Shown: one piece after another, positions 1 to 11,445 of the stretch | Layout: the number at the start of each line of letters is the position of its first letter | Numbering within the stretch: the stretch's first letter is position 1 | Assembly (NCBI RefSeq): GCF_006345805.1 | Contig: NC_043016.1 | Coordinates: 18,848,001 to 18,912,000, forward strand | DNA from: Octopus sinensis | Taxonomy: Eukaryota | Direction: 5' to 3' | Length of the DNA stretch: 64,000 nucleotides | Notes under the pieces: model-generated | Databases searched by the model: none | Told to the model about the DNA's origin: nothing | What the model saw: the letters and a program-made list of their open reading frames with translations, nothing else | Made by a program: the position numbers and the translations under genes

Positions 1-35
<35 letters not shown>

Positions 36-87
36 GGTGGTGGTGGTGGTGGTGGTGGTGGTGGTGGTAGTGGTGGTGGTGGTAGTG

Positions 88-139
<52 letters not shown>

Positions 140-148
140 CAGCAGTAG
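1..148. repeat. (GTA)n/(GTG)n compound microsatellite
   Basis: Directly visible trinucleotide runs; the poly-Val ORF 25..297 is an artefact of them. Confidence 0.97.
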
Positions 149-523
149 TCTTTCTTTACAATAACAACAAGAATATGATTTTCAAAATTCAAACCGATTT
201 AACAAATACTGACACCTATTTTGTTTCTTTTCTGCATGTTATAACAAGTTATAAGAGTTTTTTTTTTATAATTCACCTACAGAACTACACTCTGTAAAAG
301 GTATGGGCTGCAGAGGAATATATGACTAGAGGATCTGAACACGAGACGGTGCTTCAGCAAGTGATCTGAGGAGTGTTAACAGCAACTAGTACCTTCTAAG
401 AGTTCGTACTGATATTACCTTACACATCACAGTGCGGAATCAATGTGAAAGAGATCAGCATGCGACCTAACTGACGAAGGGCACGAGGAATCATAAAACT
501 TAAGTCCGACCTCAGCAGAGTTG

Positions 524-990
524 GATGGGAATATCAGTGGAATTCCAGGCGTGGATTACATTTGATGGCCTTGAAATTATTCCCACTCTGATTCTTTTTC
601 AAAGAATGCCGGTATGGCCGAGAGCAGGAAGCTCAAATATTATATGCAATAGGCGCAATCATCTGAAGACATTCTCACTCGCAGCCAAAAAAGAAATTCG
701 ATATAAGCCAGAAAAGGAAAAGCTATAGAACTGGTCAAGATTACATCTACAACGTTCAAACGAAGTGTATCAGTTCAACAATAGTTAGTAATACGGAAAA
801 ACAAGAACAATCGTAATCCTAGCATCTTTCAAATCCTCAATTGAGTAATGTAACGAGTGTGACAGAGAAGAGTCCAATAATAGGCAGAAAATCGATAGAT
901 TGCCAGGCAGGAGATAATTAGTAAGGGACACGCTAGACCCAACAGTTTGGCAGCTACAAGATTGACAAAACACACCCCGACTTCTACTTC
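524..990 (+). pseudogene. Degenerate Ty3/Gypsy gag fragment
   Basis: Frameshifted pieces DGNIS..FQAWI.FD, EQEAQILYAIGA, SEDILTR and NEVY.QFNN resemble the Gypsy gag pattern (W..W..RF / Q...LLY..G...EDIL / NE.YERY.FN.R.Q). Recognition only. Confidence 0.45.
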
Positions 991-1499
991 CACATATCCA
1001 CATACTCTCAACATGTAGAAATGCGGCAAAACAAATGAACTACACCAATTTCTAACAATAACAAAATCCTAAGAGCAGAGCTTTGAAGAGAACAACAATA
1101 AGGAAATTGATATGATTCACAGCAGAAAAAATACAAAACTATAAAGCTCGACAACAGCAGCAGTATCAGTAACATCCACAACAGCAACATGGATAGCTAA
1201 TCAATAATCTTTCCTCCTTGTTGCACTGTAGCTCGTAAAGATGGAGATCATTAAAAAAATTAGAGATGTTAAGGGGCTATCGCGATTGAAGTTAAACAGA
1301 GGGGAGTGGGGCAGTCGACGCCATCATCAGAATGTCTGAGACACCTCGGAAATCGATGGCTTCCAGGGCAATCTGGTTAATGCCTGTTTCTGTTACTGTC
1401 TTTTACTTCTGACGAATAACAAGAACATGCGTTAATGAGGACAAGTTGATAGCCTTACAACTCGGCGCTTAAACAAGTAAGACTATGCGACACAACAAT

Positions 1500-1680
1500 T
1501 TCTGTCGCTTGTCTAATGTTTATGTATAGTGCCGGGGTTTTGATCCAGTCCCCCAGGTAGAGAAAACAGAATTTTCGTACAAGACAGACACGATCATTTC
1601 TGTGTATATACTCGGATTTGGAAAGGTATGAGCAACAGCAAATGATGTACTCCATCGTCTCATAATAGTGTCTGTAGTTG
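1500..1680 (-). pseudogene. R4/Dong-like LINE fragment (zinc-knuckle region)
   Basis: ETMEYIICCCSYLSKSEYIHRNDRV matches ETANHIISGCPVLAKKEYIHKHDRV in the Dong-like element at 54.2 kb. Confidence 0.6.
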
Positions 1681-1739
1681 CTTTCCCTATTTTAACTTTA
1701 TAGCTACTTGCGTCTCGACATGCAACTAAAGCTCTCCTT

Positions 1740-2140
1740 CAGTTCTATATTTAAGAGATGAGGAATTATGTACACTATTTACATTATTTACATTATTTAC
1801 ATCAGCTGAAACGTTGTGTTAACAACAAACAAGATGAGGACAAATATCTGTCGAATGTAAATAATGTGAAAAATGTAAAGGTCTCCTGTTTCTGATTTCT
1901 ATCCAGAGCATTGTTACCCTCTTCTAAAGCTTACTTCCCTGCTATATCTTGCAAGGTATTGCCTATGCAGAGGTTTTCCCCTTCGTTTTGTCATTTTATA
2001 GCATTTTTCATCTGATACAATTCCTCTCCATTTTGTATGTTATTGTTTCCTTGTATGGTAATTGTTGTTGACTTTGTGTATAATTATTAATATATTTGGG
2101 GCGTCCTGAGTAACGACCTAGATAGATATTAATATCATCA
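1740..2140 (-). mobile_element. Penelope-like element remnant: terminal-repeat piece with local inversion plus GIY-YIG fragment
   Basis: The minus strand of 1880-2000 gives AIPCK (GIY-YIG-like Y.IPC..C). 1803-1822 carries a hammerhead 3' half (cagctGAAACGTTgtg). 1740-1774 recurs exactly at 10068-10102. Confidence 0.5.
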
Positions 2141-2354
2141 TTTTCTCTTTGCTTATTTCCGTGTATTTTCTCTTCCCACTTCTCTCATTTTGAAGCAAAT
2201 CTCTATTGGTATTAGATTTGCCCATCTTGGGTGCGAGGAAGATATATTGCATTTATGTCGGTTATGTGGGAATTGTGGCTTCGTAAAGCTGTCATTAGTC
2301 TCCTGGCTTTTCTTCCTAAACTTTTCACTTCACTTTCCAATGTATTTTGTTGCG

Positions 2355-2357
<3 letters not shown>

Positions 2358-2442
<85 letters not shown>

Positions 2443-2497
2443 CGTGCGTGCGTGCGTGCGTGTGTGTCTGTGTATGTGTGTGTGTATATGTGTGTGT
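2358..2497. repeat. (TA)n/(TG)n/(TGCG)n microsatellite
   Basis: Directly visible. Confidence 0.95.
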
Positions 2498-4082
2498 TAT
2501 TTCTAGTAATGAATTACCTTTTTTAAAAAAATATTACTCTGATTGTTCTGTAGTTATCTTTTTTAATTTTCTCTTTCATTTCTGCGCCGCACTTATCAGT
2601 ATCATCAACACCTAAATATTTATGTGGATAGTTCTGTTCTTATTCTCAGATTGCGGCGTCTGCATTGAGCTTAATTTTCTCAGTTTTAGTTAATTTATTT
2701 TTCCATATCATAGAAAACTCATTTCTTTAATCCTACACTCGTATATTCATCATGGTTGTACGTATGAACAATTTATTAGCTATTATCGCTTGTAAATATT
2801 ATTAAGTCAGATAGTTTGTCTGTAGATTCTATAACTATTGATGGTTTCATTTAGCAGGTTTGTTAATGAAATCAGGACTAGACAACAGAGTAGGGAGAAA
2901 ATGAGTCTTCTTGAAAATTTCCTGTCCTTATACGCTGGTTTTAATCATCTTCCATTTTACCTGGATTATATAGTTTTCAATTTTTACATAACGTAGTTAA
3001 CGTATTTCGATAGCATTGAGGTTCCTTTATGTGGAATGTCTGCATTATCTAAAAGTACGGTAGATCATCAAATGCTTTTCAGTAATTAATTCAGTGATAC
3101 AGTTCAATTAAATACCGTATACGAAACAAATATATGTGAAAATTTCTCTTCTTTCCTGGAGTTGAATTGGGTACTTAAGTTGAAGCACTAAGTCAGACTG
3201 GTATTGTCCGCACTGCTCGAAGTTAGGTAAATAAAAAGCAAATAAGTAACAAGTGTGTTCAAGTATTGGTACATTACGGCCGTTTCAAGCGGCTCAGTCG
3301 ATTTATGTATGTATTTCATCAATTTGAAATACACCGCTCTCCTCGGAAGCATAAGACCATATAGGTTTTCAACATACAGGATACTCCATTATAATTTTTT
3401 AGCAAATTTTTCATCAGAACTAGAGAATAAAAGAATTACAATGCTTACTGCTATTAATGTAGCAGAACGAACTTAGGGGGAAATATTTAAAGCCAACTAT
3501 AAATTAGAGTGACAGAAGAGAATCACAATCAAAAGATCCAGTGCAGCGGGTATTCTGCATCCCCTTGGAACTATAGCCCTTGGGAATTGACAGTTAAGTT
3601 CTTGCTGTTGATGGTAAATTAATATAAGATTATCTTCTCTACCCTTATTTTACTCTGACTATAAATTCGCCATGACTACATAAAAGAACATGACTCAGAA
3701 GATGCTAGCAAGATAATGGTATATGGGTGATAACCAGAAAGAGGTTCTTGTCATAAAATAGTTTAAGTCACCCTTGACTTAAAAACTATATAATGATGAG
3801 GGGTGACTTAAACTATATTATGATTATCAATTAAAAGGGGCCTAAAGCAGGAAACAAAGGAGGTCACAATGAGATCCAAGTAGACATATGTACACACACA
3901 TACACACGCACGCACACGCACACACACATATAATTGTCACTAAGTCTGACTAGGGTGTTAGGAAACATCTTCATTGCTAGAAATAAGAGCTAAATAGCTA
4001 TAATTCTGTAATTAACGCATATGAATGAAAACATATACACTAACAGGGACAATAATTGTCCGAAAAATGCCAATCAAGAATT

Positions 4083-4128
4083 TTTAATACTGACGACAGT
4101 TTCGGCAATTTCCGTTACCTCAGTTAAG
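4083..4128 (-). ncRNA. Decayed type I hammerhead ribozyme (left arm of foldback)
   Basis: Reverse complement cttaa-CTGA(3-nt deletion)-GGTAA-cggaaa-TTGCC-GAAA-CTG-tcgt-CAG-TA-ttaaa. Confidence 0.6.
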
Positions 4129-4177
4129 CCAGCTCGATTGTTCGGATCTTTTCGGACACGTTTCACCATCGAGTTGT

Positions 4178-4226
4178 CTTAGCTGCTGAGGCAACGGATA
4201 TTGCTGAAACTGACATGAGTATTAAG
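4178..4226 (+). ncRNA. Decayed type I hammerhead ribozyme (right arm of foldback)
   Basis: cttag-CTGcTGA-GGCAA-cggata-TTGCT-GAAA-CTG-acat-gAG-TA-ttaag. Stems I, II and III can all be drawn; the core has A6C and stem III has one mismatch. Confidence 0.65.
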
Positions 4227-4422
4227 AATTCTCGATCGGCACTTTTCGGACGATTATGGTTTCTATTAGTGTATATGTTTTCATTTATGTGCGTTAACTA
4301 CAGCATTAGAGCGGTTTAGCTCTTATTTCTAGCAATGTAGGTGTTTAACTACAATATGAGGCTTCGAAAAGGCAGTTACACCCGCGAACCCAAATAGATT
4401 TGGGATCTGCGGAGGATCAACG

Positions 4423-5175
4423 TTGGTAACAAAAAAACAGGACGTACAACAAACCAAACGAAAAAGGGCTGCAATCAGAAAACAGCTACTTTCAAATACA
4501 AACGTTGCAAAGCGTTTAGAGTGGAGTAAAAACCTACATAATTGGTCCCTAGTGCAGTGGAAGAACGTTATTTTCTCGGACGAGTCATCCTTTACCTTAT
4601 TTCCAACCACTGGCTGAGTATACATGTGGAGACAGCCAAAAGAAGCATTTAACCCAGACTGCCTCCTTCCAACTGTTAAACATGGAAGAGGATCTGTGAT
4701 GATCTGGGGGACTACATCTTGGAATTGTTTCCCTTCATGGCAGAATTAATAGTCAAGAGACTATTTAAGCATGTTGTCTGATCAAATTCATCCTATGGTT
4801 GTGGAACTGTTTCCGGAGGGAAATGCAGTCTTTCAGGGTGATAATGCACCAATTCACACAGTTAAAGTTGTTACTGAATGGTACGAGGAACATTCTAGTA
4901 AAGTCGAACATCTTATCTGACCACCACAGTCCACATATCTCGATATTATTGAATATTTATGGTGCATTTTAGAAAAACAATTAAGGAGTCAATATTCTCC
5001 ACCATCATCACTGTAAGAACTGGATACTGTTTTAACTGAAAAATGGACAAAAATTCCTTTGGAAACAATTCAAACTTTGTACGAGTCTATTTTTGTGGAA
5101 TTCACGGTCCTACCCCATATTGAAATAAATTTGTTTGAAATTTTAAGGTGTTTCCATTATTTTGTCGAACCATCG
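4423..5175 (+). mobile_element. Tc1-family transposon remnant (DDE transposase pseudogene plus right end)
   Basis: RLEWSK..HNW...QWKNVIFSDES, PTVKHGRGSVMIWG, FQGDNAPIH, PPQS..LDIIEYLW, with internal stops. Tc1-like terminus ggtgtttccattattttgtc at about 5147. Confidence 0.9.
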
Positions 5176-5544
5176 AAACGCGGAGTAGATAAACAGAGAC
5201 AACTGATGAAGGGAATGTTCTTTATGTTACATGTCTCGGTTCTCTGTTTTTTTTTCGTTGTTCGAAAAAAAAAATTCGTTTTCTATGTTTTTGTTTTTAT
5301 GCTTTCGTCTCTGATTGTGTACACGTTTTTTTTTTGTCCAGTACCCATATATGCATGTATATATACATATATATGTAGGTATATACATATGTGTATGTAT
5401 ACATGCATGTATTTATATTATTATATGATCGAACGCCACGCATCCTTTTCCAAGTAAGTTTTATATATAGATAGACGGACAGATAGATAGATGAATAAAT
5501 AAATAAATAAATATATACGTGTGTGTGTTATATAATAGTTATGT

Positions 5545-5680
5545 TATTTGTTTGTTCCTTCTCGAGCCATGCCTGGCTCATAAGGGCCGGTTTCCCGGTT
5601 TCCTTGGCGTGTAGGTTCTCCACCTGGACGTGACGCGAGTCCGTCGCAGGTGAGCTGCAAGATGCAGGAGGAAAGAGTAA
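5545..5680 (-). mobile_element. 3' part of an octopus SINE (family related to 38279-38650)
   Basis: ttccttctcgagccatgcctggctcataagggccggtttcccgg...gcaagatgcaggaggaaagag recognised as an octopus dispersed repeat; the end rc ctctttcctcc resembles the body of the copy at 38.4 kb. Confidence 0.6.
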
Positions 5681-5689
5681 AATATTTTG

Positions 5690-6660
5690 GTCTTAGATTA
5701 AAATTCTTCGTCGCATTTTTTCAAAGCGTCATTCCTTTCATGAATTTGTTGACAAGATTTGTTTAAGCCATTCTTTTGCTTCTACTGATAACCGTTTAAC
5801 TATCTGGAGCTTTTGCTTTTTCTTACTTTGAACAACATATTTTCCATTTTGCTCAATAAGAATAAATCTTTGCTTTCTTTTGAATGGCTTGTTGTCTATT
5901 TTTTTTTTCTCTTTTTACAGTATGAAGCTTGTCTGAGTATTTGACTTTATCAAGGTCACGCCTGGTTATCCTCAATACAACTAGTGCTGCTATATTAAAT
6001 CATTCAGTCTGTTGATATTCAAATAGCTTTCTCTGTAAACAGAATTTCTTGTGCTCCGTTATATCTAATTATTCATCCGTCTTGCCCCTTGTTCGTTTTT
6101 AGCTTGAGCTGGTGGCAACATCGATTTATGTTGTTAATGTTCACTTCTGTTTTACTTACTGCTTCAGTATTTCATTAATGCTAACTCTGTTCGAAACACT
6201 GAGATAATTCATCCATTTATTTTTATGACGATAAAAGACAAAGATGTATTTTTGCTTTGGTTGTAATTGAATCTTTCCAACTTTGGTCATCATCCCCATT
6301 TTCGACTATAGTCTTCTTTGTGCGTATTTTTGATTTGCTGTGAAACCTGGATGTCTCTCTTACGGTGGTTTCAGGAGTATTTTCTCAGTATGTTTATGTC
6401 TATATTATTGTGTAAGCCGATGTCTGTACTTTGTGGCATCATGTGCTTTGTATTTGCGTGTAAGGTTCTGCTGTGATGCTTTCATTTCTTTCATCTTTTA
6501 TATGAATATTAGTTACTGTAATTATTTTCAGTGCAGTACTTTCTACTTCTGGCATTATTTCATGTTTAGCATAAAAGTTTGTGTCTCAATAGTATGTTCA
6601 GTCCTTATGGGGAAGTCCTATAAAATCCCACAATTCTTATTTACTATCAGTCTCTGATAT
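5690..6660 (-). pseudogene. R4/Dong-like LINE N-terminal ORF remnant
   Basis: The minus strand reads LNDLI..AALVV, similar to DLNHLYYASAKI in the Dong-like element at 49.98 kb; many stops. Confidence 0.45.
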
Positions 6661-7894
6661 GTGTTCAAACCACTTTTCCGTTATTTTCTAAGAAACAAAC
6701 TCAACTAATATCCCCATCCACTCTTATACCTACGCAGTCATGCCTGTGCTTCTAGGCTTTTGTACCAGCTAACTTATTCACTCAAGATGTGCTTTAAATT
6801 TTCGTCACTTTTCCATAAATTCTACGTTTACATGTGACTAAATTTTATAAATCGTTGTATTTGTCACATTCGTGCTAATGGCTTGTTCCTAAACAGATAT
6901 ACTTAGCACTTTGGTTTCCGTCCGTCAACCACAACAACAGTTCTTTAGTTCCTACATCCACACGATGTTACATGAACCGTCTATGTAATTTCTTCTCTCT
7001 CAAACTATTTGCTCCCTTGTTTTCCCTTCTCTTCTTGAATATTGTTTCAGTAATTATTTTTAATATATTTCCAGCTGCCGATACTATTCTTCTGCATTAT
7101 GTACAACAGTTTTTTCGACTCGTTATTTTCTGAAGTATCTTCTGCATTTAACAACCCACTGGCCCATTTATTTCTTGGTTATTAGAGCCTGTCGATTTTA
7201 CTTTTACTGTTTTTCAGTGATGTGTATTATGGGTAGCTTGCTAGTTCATTCTAAGTTCTGTACCTCTGATTGCGTGCACACTCAGGATGGAAAAATTGCG
7301 CTAGATTACAAGTCTGCATAATTATATCCCAATGCGATTGTTGATAACTAGTAGCAACTGTGAATATTTGATGGAATTAATTGGGTTATTTCTGAAAACT
7401 TTATCCTAAAACCCGAAAGCGAAGCCTGTGTTGTGTCTCTATGAAAAGATAGCCGCTCATCTGCTACTCATTCGAATGTGAAAGAAATTGGAATATGATG
7501 ATTACTTAATGCACTTTATATATACACTTTATATACTTTATGCACAATTTTATAGACTTCATACACAGCACTCAATAAAATAAATATTCACACATATTTT
7601 TTCACTATAAAAGTTGTTTTTTTTATTTCGCACTTTCATCCATTCATGAAGATTTTTAAAAATAAATTTTATAGAAATTTTCGTGAAACTTATTTTGAAA
7701 AATCCTCATGAATGGATAAAAACTCTAAAAAAAAAGGAATAATCTAAAATTCTGACTACCTTGTTTTCCTTTATATTCAGTATCTATACTTCACTTCAAA
7801 CATTTGTACATGCATACATACATATATGCTCAAAAACACACACACAACATACACGCATACACACAGGCATACACACATATCAAGAGACGACAAA

Positions 7895-8210
7895 TGGTAT
7901 TTATACGACAGCTGTTTTGGTAGAATTTTATTTATGTATTCATAGATTACATCATGATATAACATACACAACTTTTAGGTAAAATTTTGAGCACTTAAGA
8001 TTTCAAATAGGTGAGATTTCATACAACAGCTCGGACAATTCCAACGTCATAGGATTTCTAATAACCCGATGATGCTGGATTTAATTGGGCTAATGTATGA
8101 AATCTCATCTATTTGAAATCTTACCTGCAGATTGTGGATTATATGTTATTATGTAATTTATGAATACATTGATAAAATTCTACTGAAACAACTGTTGTAT
8201 ATTTTAAACA
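7895..8210. repeat. ~315-bp foldback / MITE-like element
   Basis: taagatttcaaataggtgagatttcataca (7996-8025) versus its reverse complement at 8094-8123 (1 mismatch). The outer arms 7895-7980 and 8121-8210 also pair. Confidence 0.85.
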
Positions 8211-8716
8211 CCGGTCGTGTTCTCTCTTTATACCTACGCCACACCTGAATCGGATGTACGGTATAATTTGGATTTGGCACTTGCATATCAACAATATAGT
8301 ATATTACTAACACTTGATACCTTCATTATTGTTTGCCTAACTGTGAACATGTAGGGAATTAGTAATAATGGTATACCCCTCAAACGTGATGAGTGCAATG
8401 AGGCTGTCATTATAATAAGGTGACGTCGGCCAGTATCGTGAAAGTTCACAGAGTACGAAAGTACATGTAGACTGTGTTGATAGTCGTGTCTGTGCTGATA
8501 TAGTAAGCATGTGATACTGAGTAGACGTTATAACGATCCAACCTTTGAGGATAGCAACAATGTACGACTGGGGGTCGTACAGTGCAAGACAGAACCATCC
8601 TATCGACGAGTTTGGATTAATAATAGTATCTGTGAGGGCGACAACCGTCGTACAAAAACAGATACAAAAGTGGCAAAAGACCGTTTTATGATAGTGGCGA
8701 CGATGATGAACCAATA

Positions 8717-8948
8717 AAGGCGGCGAGCTGGCAGAAATGTTAGCACGCCGGGCGAAATGCTTAGCGGTATTTCGTCTGCGTTACGTTGTGAGTTCAAATT
8801 CCGCCGAGGTCGACTTTGCCTTTCATCCTTTCGGGATCGATAAATTAAGTACCAGTTACGCACTGGGGTCGATGTAATCGACTTAATACCTATGTCTGTC
8901 CTTGTTTGTCCCCTCTATGTTTAGCCCCTTGTGGGTAATAAAGAAATA
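8717..8948 (+). mobile_element. Octopus tRNA-derived SINE, full length, inserted just after the Gypsy PBS
   Basis: ggcggcgagctggcagaaatgttagc...gttcaaattcc (A/B-box-like head) to gggtaataaagaaata; approximate TSD gatga(t)aaccaat. Confidence 0.9.
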
Positions 8949-9355
8949 GATGATAAACCAATTCACGTGGAGTTAATAGAAACTCGAAGAAGAATTAATA
9001 AGCTCAAAAGTTGTCGTATGAATTGTAGGAAAAAGCGTAAAAGTATGGAACATTTATTGGCAGGTTTGCTCGAGTTGCAGAAACAGTAACAACAACAGCT
9101 GAAAGAAGAACAACTACAGCAGGTACAGCTACAAGAGCAACAACAGAAGCAACGACAACAACAAATAATCTTATACAACAAATGTTGCAATTACTGAAGT
9201 CATCAGGAAACCCAGAAAAAGTGTTCTCGACGGACCATGTCGCGTATTCAATAATTGAATTGAAATACGAACCTGACGAATGAGTTACCTTTGAAGCATA
9301 CTACAGAAGATATGAGCAAATCTTCCAAAAACAATGTAAAGATTGGGACGGTGAG

Positions 9356-9784
9356 ATGAAAACTCGCTTAATCTTGAGAAAACTGGTGCCAACAGAACAT
9401 GAACAAAACAGCAATTTTGTACTCCCAAGAAAACTGTCTGACGTAAATTTTAATGACACAATAGATATATTGTGCAAGATTTTCAGTGAAAAAAGCTTCT
9501 TGTTCAACACTCGGTGGAAGTGTCTGAACATAGAGAAAAATAGTAACGAGGACTACATTACATATGCTGGTAGAGTAAACAGGGAATGTGAGAAGTTTAA
9601 GCTGGATAAATTATCTCCAGATATGTTCAAATGCCTGATTTTCACACAGGGACTAACTACCGAAAAGGACATAGAAGTTAGAACTATAATTCTCGCAAAG
9701 CTGGAACCGAATCAGGATGTAAGCCTACAGAAATTAACAGAAGAATGTGACACGACCCAGGGGAAACTGAACGCTAATAAATAA
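9356..9784 (+). pseudogene. Gypsy gag segment
   Basis: ORF track 142 aa; upstream continuation is broken by stops. Confidence 0.8.
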
Positions 9785-10699
9785 AACCAGTGCGGAAGTA
9801 TCTGAATAGAGAGAGTGTGTTTTCTAATAAAAAGAAACACGAGAAACATCAGGATATAAACCCGTATTTTGCATGTGGTGGTATGCACTTGAGGAAACAA
9901 TTTCCCATTTAAAAAAGCGGAGTGTTTTCGCTGTGGCAATATAGGGCATATAAAGACACACTGCAGAACGAAGATGACATAAAGTCGGGACAAAGGAGAA
10001 AAAAAGAAATAGTTTGTCATCGAAAAAAAAGGGGTGGGGCAATACAACAAACAAAAAAGTCATAATACAGTTCTATATTTAAGAGATGAGGAATTATGTA
10101 CATAATTACTGCTTTCACAGGTGGGTGACGGATTTCAGTCTTCATTCTCTGACCTTTGACTTTCATGAATTTCTTAATCTGGCATGTCTTCACCTTTTCA
10201 GAGTCTTTCATGTACGACTTTTCTGGATCTTGTTGTGCACAAAAAATTCATACATGTGAAAATTAAAAATACAAGTGGAAAATTGATTTTCGGCACAGGT
10301 AGTGACATTACCATTATATATGAAAACACGTGGAAACAAGTCGGTAAACCGAAATTAATTAGATCTCAAAAGGTAGCACATGGTGTTATTGGAAGATTAT
10401 TTTATCGGTGAACACATATGTAATGTAACCTCTCGAGGTCAAACGAAAAAGGCTAAGATATATGTATTAAGACATTCACTTAATTTGTTTAGCCCAGAGT
10501 GGATAGAACTATTCAGTTTATGGAATAAGCCCATAAGTGTTTTGTGTAAAAATATAGTTCCCTCCGTCAAAGGTTCAAATGCAGCTGAGAGACTGAAACA
10601 AAAAATTGTAGTAATACAAGGCACAACACATATATTCAAATCAACACGAAATGTACCATTCACGAAAAAAAATTGCTCACGATAAAAAGTAAATATTGT

Positions 10700-11016
10700 T
10701 CACAAGTGGATGTTCCGTGGTCAGGACTACACATCGATGTGGCTGGTCCTTTAAATGGTTGTTACTACTTAGTTGTAATTGATTCTTTCTCGAAATGGCC
10801 TGAAATTCGTAAGTGCAAAAACCAACTTCCTCAACTGTGATAAACTGCTTGCAAGATTTGGCATTCCATACATGATAGTGTCTGACAATGGAACGCAATT
10901 TGTGTCTAGCGAATTAAAAAAAATTTGTGAAACGTTCGCGGGAGAACATATAACTATAGTGCCATACCATCCCAGATCTAATGGATAGTTAGAACGCTTT
11001 GTTGATACCTTCAAAA
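10700..11016 (+). pseudogene. Gypsy integrase (rve) core fragment
   Basis: LHIDVAGP, VVIDSFSKWPE, GIPYMIVSDNGTQFVS, HITIVPYHPRSNG, ERFVDTFKR; frameshifted. Confidence 0.9.
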
Positions 11017-11225
11017 GATTATAACGATCCAACCTTTTGAGGATGTCGTACACTGGGGGTCGTACAGTGCCAGAAAAAAAAACATCCTATCGACAACTTC
11101 GGAATATAACAATATCTGTCAGAGCAACAACCATCGTACAAAGACATACAACAGTGGCAAAAGAACGCTTTATAATAGAGCTCTGTTATCATACTATTTC
11201 AGTTGATGTGCTTAGATTTCTAATT

Positions 11226-11387
11226 CATGTATGTATGTATGTATGATGTATGTATGTATGTATGTATGCATGTATGTATGTATGTATGCATGTATGTATG
11301 TATGTATGTATGTATGTATGTATGTATGTATGATGTATGTATGTATGTGTGTATGTATGTATGTATGTATGTATGTATGCATGTATG

Positions 11388-11443
<56 letters not shown>
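11226..11443. repeat. (ATGT)n + (AT)n microsatellite
   Basis: Directly visible. Confidence 0.97.

Positions 11444-11445
<2 letters not shown>

Larger units (their letters stand above)
3963..4346. repeat. ~384-bp imperfect palindrome (foldback element)
   Basis: aaacatcttcattgctagaaataagagctaaa (3963) is mirrored by tttagctcttatttctagcaatgtaggtgttt (to 4346). The arms pair inward to a ~26-nt loop at about 4141-4166. Confidence 0.9.
8526..11177 (+). mobile_element. Internally deleted Ty3/Gypsy LTR retrotransposon (gag, protease, integrase core; no RT/RNase H)
   Basis: Diverged ~165-bp direct repeats at 8526-8693 and 11017-11177, with PBS-like tggcgacg at 8695. Gag TFEAYYRRYEQIF..FNTRWKCLN..FKCLIFTQGL; CCHC CFRCGNIGHIKTHC; protease (D>G)TGSDITII; integrase PWS.LHIDVAGP..DSFSKWPE, IVSDNGTQF, PYHPRSNG. 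Confidence 0.9.

Noticed and set aside
25-297. Homopolymer and dipeptide ORFs here and at 2190, 11212-11611, 21463, 22865, 32245, 44103, 48247, 52693-53279 (5' part), 59028 and 62113
   Set aside because: They are translations of microsatellites, with no coding evidence.
8717-8800. tRNA gene calls at SINE heads (also 31240, 38279)
   Set aside because: They have A/B-box-like motifs only, no complete cloverleaf, and continue into multi-copy SINE bodies.
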